This document shows positions 57,223 through 64,000 of a DNA stretch of 64,000 nucleotides, piece by piece; the first letter of the stretch is position 1, and each line of letters begins with the position of its first letter. The notes beneath the pieces were generated by a model that was not told the origin of the DNA, did no database searches, and saw only the letters and a program-made list of their open reading frames with translations. Source of the DNA: Candidatus Hermodarchaeota archaeon. GTDB lineage: Archaea; Asgardarchaeota; Lokiarchaeia; Sigyniarchaeales; SOKP01. The stretch is from contig JBHLLP010000011.1 of the NCBI GenBank assembly GCA_048885525.1, forward strand, positions 1,552 to 65,551, given 5' to 3'. The translations under genes and the position numbers were made by a program.

Positions 57223-58653
57223 ATGGTTAATCCACTTAATTTACCTTTACTTAAACAATCAATTCAAGGATTCGGAAGAAATCTCACTAAAGATTGTAAT
57301 AAATGTGGATCTAACCGATTTGATTCAATTATATATTATATTTTTAAAAAGAAAAACAATATTTGCTTCAATTGTCGAACGCAGGCAAAATTTTTTAAGT
57401 TTGTAATGTTTAGATGGTTATCTTTTAATAAAGCTGAATCTCAAACCCTTTACAACATATCTGCAAATACAGAAATTCGAAAGGTTCTAAAAAATATATT
57501 TAAGGGATTTGCTTTATTTGGTTTGAGAGCCCCATTTGTAACTGGAGCACCCTTAAGTGTTGTTTGGAACTATACTAAGAAATGCAATTTAAAGTGTTCT
57601 CATTGTTTTTCAGATTCAAAGTTTAATCAGAAATCAAAAAAAGAGTTATCTACTGATGAGGCTAAACAAGTAATTGATATTTTTGCAGTTAATGATGTTG
57701 TTACAGTGAATTTTTGTGGTGGAGAGCCATTAACTCGAGATGATTTACTAGAGGTTATGAGTTATACCCAAAAAAATGATATTTGTCCCTCTTTATCTAC
57801 TAATGCTACTTTGTTAACTAAAGATATGTGTAAAAAGATATATGATGTAGGAGTTAGAAGTATTTCAATAAGTTTAGATAGTATTTCTGCATTTAAACAT
57901 GATTCATTACGAAATGTTTCCGGGGCATATGATATGGCTATTAATGGAATAAATAACGCTGTTGAGTTTGGAAAATTTGATGAATTAATAATTAATACTA
58001 CATTGACTGATTTCAATTATGAAGAAATCCCACAGATATATGAGTATGTAAAAGACTTAGGAATTAAACGGTATTATGTGTCCCGTATCTTACCTGTTGG
58101 TAGAGGACAGTATTATATGGAGCACGATGTCAGTAATGAAAATAAGAGAAAAATTATGAGGTTTATGGCGGAAAAATTTATAGAAAATGTTGAAAATAAT
58201 TTTCCTTTAGAAGTTTTAGGAAGGGGAATGCCATACTTTAGTAGACCATGTTACGAATTAAGTGATGGAAATGTCTATCCTTTATGTGAGATATTAACTG
58301 GACATGAAACTAAGTATCAGGATTTATTTAATGGCAATACAGTAAGTTTTTTACACCGTCTTAATAAATACTTTAGTGGCTGCGCTACTGGTTTATTTTA
58401 TTGCGGATTAGACTGTGATGGAAATGTAATTCCATGTGCTCCCGCGGGTAACATAAAATTAGGAAATATTTTAGAAAAAGGTTTGGAGCATATATGGATT
58501 TATAGTCCTATTTTAAATAAAATAAGAAAACGTAATAAGGTTAAAGGTAAATGTTCAAGTTGTTATATGGGAAAAATCTGTGGTGGATGTCGCTTAACTG
58601 CATATGGATTAACTGGGGATTGGTTAGAGAGTGATTTGAGTTGTCCTTATTGA
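57223..58653 (+). CDS. radical SAM/SPASM domain protein with an N-terminal Zn-ribbon extension
   Basis: CNLKCSHCF (CxxxCxxC). The C-terminal SPASM-type Cys clusters are CATGLFYCGLDCDGNVIPC and CSSCYMGKICGGCR. The N-terminal extension of about 100 aa carries CNKCG...CFNC. Confidence 0.85.
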   Translation: MVNPLNLPLLKQSIQGFGRNLTKDCNKCGSNRFDSIIYYIFKKKNNICFNCRTQAKFFKFVMFRWLSFNKAESQTLYNISANTEIRKVLKNIFKGFALFGLRAPFVTGAPLSVVWNYTKKCNLKCSHCFSDSKFNQKSKKELSTDEAKQVIDIFAVNDVVTVNFCGGEPLTRDDLLEVMSYTQKNDICPSLSTNATLLTKDMCKKIYDVGVRSISISLDSISAFKHDSLRNVSGAYDMAINGINNAVEFGKFDELIINTTLTDFNYEEIPQIYEYVKDLGIKRYYVSRILPVGRGQYYMEHDVSNENKRKIMRFMAEKFIENVENNFPLEVLGRGMPYFSRPCYELSDGNVYPLCEILTGHETKYQDLFNGNTVSFLHRLNKYFSGCATGLFYCGLDCDGNVIPCAPAGNIKLGNILEKGLEHIWIYSPILNKIRKRNKVKGKCSSCYMGKICGGCRLTAYGLTGDWLESDLSCPY

Positions 58654-58722
58654 AATTGTTGAAGAATAATCTTCACTTAATAACCAATCGAAAAAGTATT
58701 TGAAACAACTAATATATATTTC

Positions 58723-59322
58723 TTAAATGAAGATTGCTCCTATTATCATAAAAAAAATTAAGAATATAATTACAATCTTCATTTTTGTTGTAAAGAACCG
58801 ATTTTTGACTTGTTCCATGTACTTTCTGTATTTTTCTCCAAATACTGGAAATAATATCTTCTTTTCTTCATACAAAGTTAGTAATGCGAAAACCAGAGCA
58901 AATAATATAATTAAAGTAATTCCTATTAGTGAACTTATCATAAAAAAAAATGAAAGTATGATTAAGAAAAATCTAGCCGTCATTGGATGCCTCACCTTCG
59001 CGTAATAACCAGAATCAAGAAGTTTTTTCGGTTAATTTTTCGCCTCATGAGCTTGATTATTTATTTTAATTATTTCGATACATTGGTAAAAATATAAACA
59101 AAAGATGATAGCTCCTACAATTAAATGAATAAGAAAAAAGAGGGTTATACTGATAAACCCATAAAAAAGAACAAGATCGATAGATTTCCATAAAAATAAT
59201 TGTTGATATTCCAATCTGCTGAGTAAGCTACTTATAATTGAGATAATCGTAGCTCCAATTGATATTATTACTAAAAAAATTTTAAATTTATCCAATAATA
59301 ACTGAAAAAATTCAAATTTCAA
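58723..59322 (-). pseudogene. ICMT-family methyltransferase interrupted by one in-frame TAA
   Basis: Track ORFs 59032..59322 and 58723..58995 are in the same frame. Reading through the TAA at 59032-59034 gives ...QAHEAKN*PKKLLDSGYYAKVRHPMTARFF... This aligns with the paralog FKSHKPSDSLITNGILGHVRNPMYSGIL. The N-terminal part has only a TTG start. Confidence 0.65.
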
Positions 59323-59418
59323 AAATTTTATGATATTAAGAGAAATTCGACCTTAACCAGTTAAGTTCCTATAAAAAATAAGGAAAAATAATTAAAACTA
59401 TTCTTTATGGTCTAAATT

Positions 59419-59589
59419 ATGGACAACGAGAAGAAGACTTTTACTTTAGAAAATAAAAAACTAGCTTCAATGGGACCAGATTATGTGATCATTATACCTA
59501 GAAAACTAATTCAGTATAAGGTAATTGATCCAAACAAAATGTATAACATCCATTTTGAAGAAATTCAAGAAGATCAAATAGAAAAATAA
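59419..59589 (+). CDS. possible small (56-aa) ORF, weakly AbrB/SpoVT-like
   Basis: My translation: MDNEKKTFTLENKKLASMGPDYVIIIPRKLIQYKVIDPNKMYNIHFEEIQEDQIEK. The 'v.IPrk' segment is reminiscent of swapped-hairpin antitoxins. No obvious RBS. Confidence 0.2.
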   Translation: MDNEKKTFTLENKKLASMGPDYVIIIPRKLIQYKVIDPNKMYNIHFEEIQEDQIEK

Positions 59590-59785
59590 GATTAAATTAC
59601 TTCTATTTTGGAAATTTTATTTCGCTTATTTATTCTTTTTGCATTTACTAAGATTTTAGCTTAATTTATAATCGACCTCATTAGTTTCATGTTGGCCAGA
59701 AATGGAATACAATGGTTTATTACAAAAAGCTTTTATAGAATAGCTTATAGAGGAATCTATAGTGAGCGCTTAATTATTTTTAGAC

Positions 59786-59811
59786 AAAAACTCCTAGTAT
59801 AGGCAGGAGTT
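59786..59811 (-). terminator. hairpin (AACTCCT / AGGAGTT, 9-nt loop) followed by a T-run on the minus strand
   Basis: The minus strand reads AACTCCTGCCTATACTAGGAGTTTTTGTC, about 45 nt downstream of the flavodoxin-like remnant. Confidence 0.4.
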
Positions 59812-59854
59812 ATTTAAAAAAAATATTTTTAGATTTAAATAAATGTTAAATGTC

Positions 59855-60084
59855 TTATTTCAAAAATAGTTGTAATGTTTCAAGATATTCTCTAATTTTT
59901 ACATCTGCACCTTCTACGGCTAGTCCTTCAGCTGTTTGCATTTTTACTTCAAGATATTCGGGGCAGATCTCCTCAACACATCCAACTTTTTCAAGAGTCT
60001 TCCCTTTAAACCCTCAGCAAGCTGTTTTGAAATTTTTTCAGAGTTTCCATGTTCAGAGTTATGGATTATCCAAATCTTTTTCAT
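59855..60084 (-). pseudogene. flavodoxin-like gene remnant with a frameshift
   Basis: The minus-strand ATG at 60084 gives MKKIWIIHNSEHGNSEKISKQLAEGLKG, a flavodoxin N-terminus with a phosphate-loop-like S.HGNSEK. That frame stops after 46 codons. A shifted frame continues GKTLEKVGCVEEICPEYLEV... to a TAA at 59855. The total of 230 nt is not a multiple of 3 and is far shorter than a flavodoxin. Confidence 0.3.
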
Positions 60085-60193
60085 AATTATAAGCTCATAT
60101 TGTAATTAAAATTAATATTCATTTTATTTGTGTAATTGGGAAAGAGGAATACAATTGGAAATTTTAATAGTCCAATATTTGCGAGTTAATAAA

Positions 60194-61336
60194 TCATCTT
60201 TTAGTTTTAGGGCCCCCCTTCGAACCCTTTAATTTTTTTGCATCGATTTTTTTTACTTCTTCAAGAAATTTTGGATCATAATCTACTGCATTTTTATAAA
60301 TTCGAGAAAGGAATAATGTCATCCAAGGAGAAGGCTCCTTTTTTTGCCCAAAAGAATAATTCTTAAAATATAGATAAACGGTTTTAGGAATAAAAGTACC
60401 ATTTATATTGAATTCCAATAGACTAATAGCAGCTAATTCTCGAAATGACTGAGTTTTTACCAAAGTTGGATAGTGTCTAACAGAATCTAAAATAGTTCCA
60501 ATATTATACCAAAAAAATGGCGCTCTAGGTAACCGAAATTTCTTACCGTGCCCAAACATATAGGATTTTTCCTCTGCTCTGTTGCTCCAGCAATTTAATA
60601 ATGTTTTTCCTGCTTGAATTAAATCATTAGGCCATTTATTTTGATTTATTACCCAATAACCTCTTAATGCATCAGCTATAATCATGGGGCATACATCGTT
60701 TACTCTTCCGGGACCTCGACGCTTGTAATAGAGCCATGGTTCGCACTTCCAACCTTTGCCTTGAGTAGTGTCTTTTAATAACTCATTCATTCTTTTGAGA
60801 CCAAATTGAACGCGTTTATCCTTCTCTAATCCTGCTATCAAAAGAACAGAAACTATAATATTATGATCGCATAAGGCACTGGACCACATTGGATTTTTTT
60901 TCTTTGTTTTTCGATCGTATGCTTCGATATATGCCAGAAATTGTCCATTTTCTTCATCTTGATGTGAAAGGATTTTATCGATTGCTTTTTGCATCCGTTT
61001 ATCATCTTCTGGTTTTACACCCCAATCTAATAACAACCATAATTGGTTTGGGAGATAATCTGCTTTATTGTGTGCTTTTGTGAGATCTTTTTCCCAATCT
61101 GAAAGATTATCTAACAAAAAATTTACAAGTGGATCTTTTAGAACAAGATTATGAGCTTTTACTACATCAGGATGTTCTAAGGGTAAATCAAATAGATCAG
61201 TTAACGTTCGATATACTGAGAATGATTCTCCTGATTCGATAAGGTATTTTCTTGGATCATTAGGAAGCAATTTAAGCCATTCTGCTTCTCCATGAACTTT
61301 TTCTTGAATATCACTTGAAGTAAAATCAATTTCCAT
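60194..61336 (-). CDS. hypothetical protein, possibly alpha/alpha-toroid (prenyltransferase/terpene-cyclase-repeat-like)
   Basis: Helix-rich 380-aa protein. LSHQDEENGQFLAY resembles a QxxxGxF/W repeat. Lys-rich C-terminal tail (KKLKGSKGGPKTKR). The fold call is weak. Confidence 0.3.
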   Translation of the reverse strand: MEIDFTSSDIQEKVHGEAEWLKLLPNDPRKYLIESGESFSVYRTLTDLFDLPLEHPDVVKAHNLVLKDPLVNFLLDNLSDWEKDLTKAHNKADYLPNQLWLLLDWGVKPEDDKRMQKAIDKILSHQDEENGQFLAYIEAYDRKTKKKNPMWSSALCDHNIIVSVLLIAGLEKDKRVQFGLKRMNELLKDTTQGKGWKCEPWLYYKRRGPGRVNDVCPMIIADALRGYWVINQNKWPNDLIQAGKTLLNCWSNRAEEKSYMFGHGKKFRLPRAPFFWYNIGTILDSVRHYPTLVKTQSFRELAAISLLEFNINGTFIPKTVYLYFKNYSFGQKKEPSPWMTLFLSRIYKNAVDYDPKFLEEVKKIDAKKLKGSKGGPKTKR

Positions 61337-61365
61337 AATTATATTTTTTACGTCTTTTTGTTAAT

Positions 61366-61914
61366 TTATTTCTTTGATTCAAATAAGTTTACAGAAATAT
61401 CAAGAATATCTCTACTAGATTTCCCATCTTTAATCATTTTTTCTATTTTTGATATTACTTGATCTTTCTGTCCTTTATTAAGTGCAATCAAATTTTGAAC
61501 GTTCCAATTCTGATATCTTTTAGAAAGACCTTGGAAAAATATTGGAGCAGGGGGCATTATGGGTGATTTCGGTTGTTCTGGAATTGCTTTACATATACCA
61601 GCTTCTAAATCTAAAAATTCACATTCACTACATGAGGTAATGTCTTTTTGTTTAGCACATTGATTAATCACACAATCCTTTCTTTCTTGACAACCAGGGC
61701 ATGAAGGATAATCTTTTAAAAGTTCTAAAGTCTCTTTAAATCCCAGAAAATTCTCTTTTTTAAATTCTGGGTTAAACATCAAAATTACTCCTTGGAACAT
61801 CGGGTCTTCAAACATTTCAGATAAATATTTTGCTGAATCTTGCATCTTAGTGGTATTACTATCACATAAATCACAACTTACACCGCATGTAGTTAATTCA
61901 TAATCCTTAGTCAT
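61366..61914 (-). CDS. DUF3795 domain-containing Cys-rich protein
   Basis: CGVSCDLCDS start motif, CPGCQERKDCVINQCAKQKDITSCSECEF. Second copy of this family in the window. Confidence 0.65.
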   Translation of the reverse strand: MTKDYELTTCGVSCDLCDSNTTKMQDSAKYLSEMFEDPMFQGVILMFNPEFKKENFLGFKETLELLKDYPSCPGCQERKDCVINQCAKQKDITSCSECEFLDLEAGICKAIPEQPKSPIMPPAPIFFQGLSKRYQNWNVQNLIALNKGQKDQVISKIEKMIKDGKSSRDILDISVNLFESKK

Positions 61915-62074
61915 GTTGACTCACAATTTTTATACTATTTTTTAATAACTATTAAAATTGTTAATTATTTTATTATAAATACTTCTACAATTTAAAGAAT
62001 TTTGTAAGATAAGAGTAAAGAAAGCGAAATTTTAAATTAGATAATGTCCATTTTTTTTTAATATAACCTCATAG

Positions 62075-62974
62075 ATGGGACATATAGTGGATGAGAAAGA
62101 TTTTGAAATATTGAAAATTTTAGATAAGAACTGCCGTATCTCATACTCTAAAATTGCAGAAAGGTTAAAATCACCAGTAAGGAATATATCAAACAGAATT
62201 GATAACTTAATCAATGAGAATGTAATTGAGCGTTTTACAGTACAATTTAATTATAATTCCTTAGGATTTAGACACTACATTGGTTCAGCAAGTCCACCAA
62301 AAGGGAAAACATCTTTAAATCTCTTTCAAGAACTTCAACTTATTTCTGAAATTTATCGAATATGGGAATTAATTGATGGATCAATAACGATATCCTTTTT
62401 CTGTAGAGATGCTAAACACCTAGAGGAGGTTATCAACAACATCTTAAATACAGGGGCTGAATTACATAGCTATACAGAAACAAGGGTTCATTTTACATTA
62501 GACATTCCTTACTCAATTAATGATTGGCAAATTATTTTCTATTTATTGAATAATAGTAGAGCCTCTAAAAAAGAAATTGCTCAAGTATTAAATATCAGTG
62601 AAAAAACTGTTAATCGTCGAATAAATAGGATGGTAAATATGAAACTAGTCTCATTTATACCAGAAATTAATTTTGAAGCTATTTCGGGTGTTATTCCAGC
62701 AGTTATTTTTTTAGAAACCGTAGGACCTTCAAAGCAAGTCTATTTGAGGATAAAAGAAGACCAATCAATTAAATATTGGAGAAATGCAGGAGCCGTTTCA
62801 CCATCAATTGTATTGTTTGTATATGGGAAAAACTTAACAGAAATTTATAACATATACCAAAAACTTAAAAAAAAGAAAGATATAAAAGAAGCTAGCTTAA
62901 CCTTTATTGTTAGGAATGCTGAAAATTCCACGTTAATTGAGGATGCTGTCTTAGAGAAAATCCAGAATGGATAA
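62075..62974 (+). CDS. tandem-duplicated Lrp/AsnC-like regulator (two wHTH + ligand-domain units)
   Basis: First unit: FEILKILDKNCRISYSKIAERLKSPVRNISNRIDNLINENVIERF. Second unit: DWQIIFYLLNNSRASKKEIAQVLNISEKTVNRRINRMVNMKLV. Each is followed by a segment of about 80 aa. Confidence 0.6.
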   Translation: MGHIVDEKDFEILKILDKNCRISYSKIAERLKSPVRNISNRIDNLINENVIERFTVQFNYNSLGFRHYIGSASPPKGKTSLNLFQELQLISEIYRIWELIDGSITISFFCRDAKHLEEVINNILNTGAELHSYTETRVHFTLDIPYSINDWQIIFYLLNNSRASKKEIAQVLNISEKTVNRRINRMVNMKLVSFIPEINFEAISGVIPAVIFLETVGPSKQVYLRIKEDQSIKYWRNAGAVSPSIVLFVYGKNLTEIYNIYQKLKKKKDIKEASLTFIVRNAENSTLIEDAVLEKIQNG

Positions 62975-63032
62975 TCAATTCCTATTCTAGATATGAAATG
63001 TCCTTGTCTTGTATTATATCAATTTTTAATTT

Positions 63033-63647
63033 CTATTCACTTGTACGATATGTCTTGAAAGCAAGAACAAACGTATACTGACCATTAATTATAATAACAA
63101 ATCGTTCAGCCAAGCCCATAACTGGCGAACCAGCTGCAAATACCAACCACATTGTAAAGATTAATGCAAGAATGAAAGTTATCAATGAATAAAGGCTATA
63201 ACCCTTCCAATCATCTACTCTTTTTAATCCCCGCCACATTACAATCATCCCTCCAAGAGCAATAAAACCTGTTATCATTACAATTATTAGATGCATTATC
63301 CCTGTAAATCCTGTAGGTTCACCACCATAATTTAATGGGAAAAAGATTGGTACTATAATCCCTAAAATTTTACCACTAAGGAGTATAGCAGGTCCAGCAA
63401 TAGATCCATTTAACTCTTTTATTACTATTATTAATCCAATAAAAAAGATGATCTCAAGAATAAAACTTACTATATTCATCAAATCGAATAATAATTTATT
63501 GGGTGCTCCAAGAGCCATGAGAGAACTCACGTCATTTCGGATGTGATCATAACCAGGTTGTATAAACCCTGCAATAATCCAAATTAGATTGAATACTATG
63601 GGGCTCAACATTCCGCAAATAGCATATATTTTTTGATTTTTTACCAT
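63033..63647 (-). CDS. hypothetical 6-TM membrane protein (possibly DUF998-like)
   Basis: 204 aa with six hydrophobic helices. GGAGGAAG lies 6 nt upstream of the ATG. The family call is weak. Confidence 0.35.
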   Translation of the reverse strand: MVKNQKIYAICGMLSPIVFNLIWIIAGFIQPGYDHIRNDVSSLMALGAPNKLLFDLMNIVSFILEIIFFIGLIIVIKELNGSIAGPAILLSGKILGIIVPIFFPLNYGGEPTGFTGIMHLIIVMITGFIALGGMIVMWRGLKRVDDWKGYSLYSLITFILALIFTMWLVFAAGSPVMGLAERFVIIINGQYTFVLAFKTYRTSE

Positions 63648-63649
63648 AT

Positions 63650-64000
63650 TTATCTTCCTCCAATTTTATTATTAATAAAATATTCAATAAAGTCGTTGGA
63701 GTAATCTTTAACTAATTTAAGAGCGTTCTTTTCTAGGGTCAATCCTCCTTTTTCAAGTTTTAATTGAAGAAAAGGTGGAAAGATTGATAAAGAAAAGTTA
63801 TTCTCTCGAAAAAAGTTCATCCAGAGATATTTGATATCAACGTCGGTAGAAGTTATACAATAAAATGAGATAGATTTAATAATTAACTGGTTTCTTTTAC
63901 AATGTTCTGAAAATTTTACTAAAAAAGCATGTATTTCCGGACTTGGTATTTTTTCTTCTTCTATAACATCTCCAATTATAAGGTAATCTAACTTTTCTTC
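63650..64000 (-). CDS. flavodoxin-domain-like protein, partial (N-terminus beyond window end)
   Basis: My translation: ...EEKLDYLIIGDVIEEEKIPSPEIHAFLVKFSEHCKRNQLIIKSISFYCITSTDV...IEYFINNKIGGR*. YLIIG...I..FL...... is the flavodoxin_5-type 'yD.vviG...y.g......fl' segment. The TAA stop is at 63650-63652. Confidence 0.4.
   Translation of the reverse strand, partial: EEKLDYLIIGDVIEEEKIPSPEIHAFLVKFSEHCKRNQLIIKSISFYCITSTDVDIKYLWMNFFRENNFSLSIFPPFLQLKLEKGGLTLEKNALKLVKDYSNDFIEYFINNKIGGR

Noticed and set aside
59032-59034. Stop-codon reassignment (TAA read as sense) as the explanation for the split ICMT gene
   Set aside because: Many long, motif-complete ORFs in this window terminate at TAA at the expected protein length, so a global TAA recoding is incompatible with the rest of the window.
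57010-59590. A RiPP precursor peptide associated with the radical SAM/SPASM enzyme
   Set aside because: I saw no short ORF with a plausible leader/core (Cys-, Gly- or Ser/Thr-rich tail) in the flanks. The 56-aa ORF at 59419..59589 lies beyond the ICMT pseudogene and has no such composition.
21948-62214. Further shadow ORFs: 21948..22169, 27385..27570, 30534..30740, 40741..40995, 41976..42317, 43508..43774, 44137..44322, 45437..45625, 45864..46049, 47420..47650, 48992..49177, 49912..50187, 51249..51446, 57762..58016, 58727..59005, 59850..60086, 60889..61083, 62032..62214
   Set aside because: Same reasoning. In particular, 59850..60086 (+) is the antisense of the flavodoxin-like remnant, and 58727..59005 (+) is the antisense of the ICMT pseudogene.
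1-64000. CRISPR arrays, tRNA/rRNA genes, IS elements, integrases, prophage genes
   Set aside because: I found no regularly spaced 25-40-nt repeats. No GC-rich islands of tRNA/rRNA type stand out from the AT-rich background. No transposase- or integrase-like translations appear in the ORF track. This was a by-eye scan only; tRNAscan/Infernal would be decisive.
1-64000. Calling archaeal TATA/BRE promoters upstream of individual genes (e.g. TTTATATT at 5314-5321 before 5338)
   Set aside because: TATA-like octamers occur almost everywhere at this base composition. Without TSS data, individual calls would be unsupported.
1-64000. Extrachromosomal element (Borg-like, giant virus or plasmid) origin because of the AT-richness and the giant ORF
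   Set aside because: Genes are on mixed strands, with ordinary metabolic and housekeeping-type content (TrmO, SDRs, transporters). There are no tandem direct repeats between genes and no replication, partition or structural virus genes.

Overview
The window is a very AT-rich prokaryotic chromosomal segment (roughly 30% G+C by eye, not computed). It is densely coding on both strands, mostly as single genes or short operons. I saw no rRNA, tRNA, CRISPR array, transposase or integrase. There is no phylogenetic marker gene. The gene content (Lrp/AsnC and HxlR regulators, a WD40 protein, giant sequon-rich surface proteins, C-terminal TM anchors, many paralogs) fits an AT-rich archaeon such as an Asgard/Lokiarchaeia-type genome, but I cannot prove that from this window.

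All domain calls come from motif recognition in the supplied translations, not from searches.

Main recognisable content:
- A carbohydrate-degradation neighbourhood: a PL11-like lyase, a GH3 enzyme, ThuA, a Gfo/Idh/MocA oxidoreductase, and an HGSNAT-like membrane protein.
- Several SDR and flavin oxidoreductases.
- Two ABC systems.
- Three intact ICMT-family methyltransferases plus one copy interrupted by a nonsense codon.
- A Stay-Green (Mg-dechelatase) homolog.
- A haloalkane dehalogenase.
- A QueG-like Fe-S protein.
- A radical SAM/SPASM enzyme.

Best candidates for undescribed biology:
1. A co-directional minus-strand cluster at 41195-46182. It encodes a polytopic membrane protein, a TM-HAMP-TPR-vWA(MIDAS) protein, a translationally coupled TM-HAMP mini-protein, and a cytoplasmic beta-propeller/beta-sandwich/Zn-ribbon protein. 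It has no conventional signalling output and no MoxR partner.
2. A plus-strand trio at 18070-27301. It encodes a 4-TM-anchored 780-aa protein, a UbiA-like protein with degenerate Asp motifs, and a 1950-aa surface protein with a central Gly-rich TM cluster.
3. A solo Zn-ribbon protein with a HEPN-like RNKITH motif.
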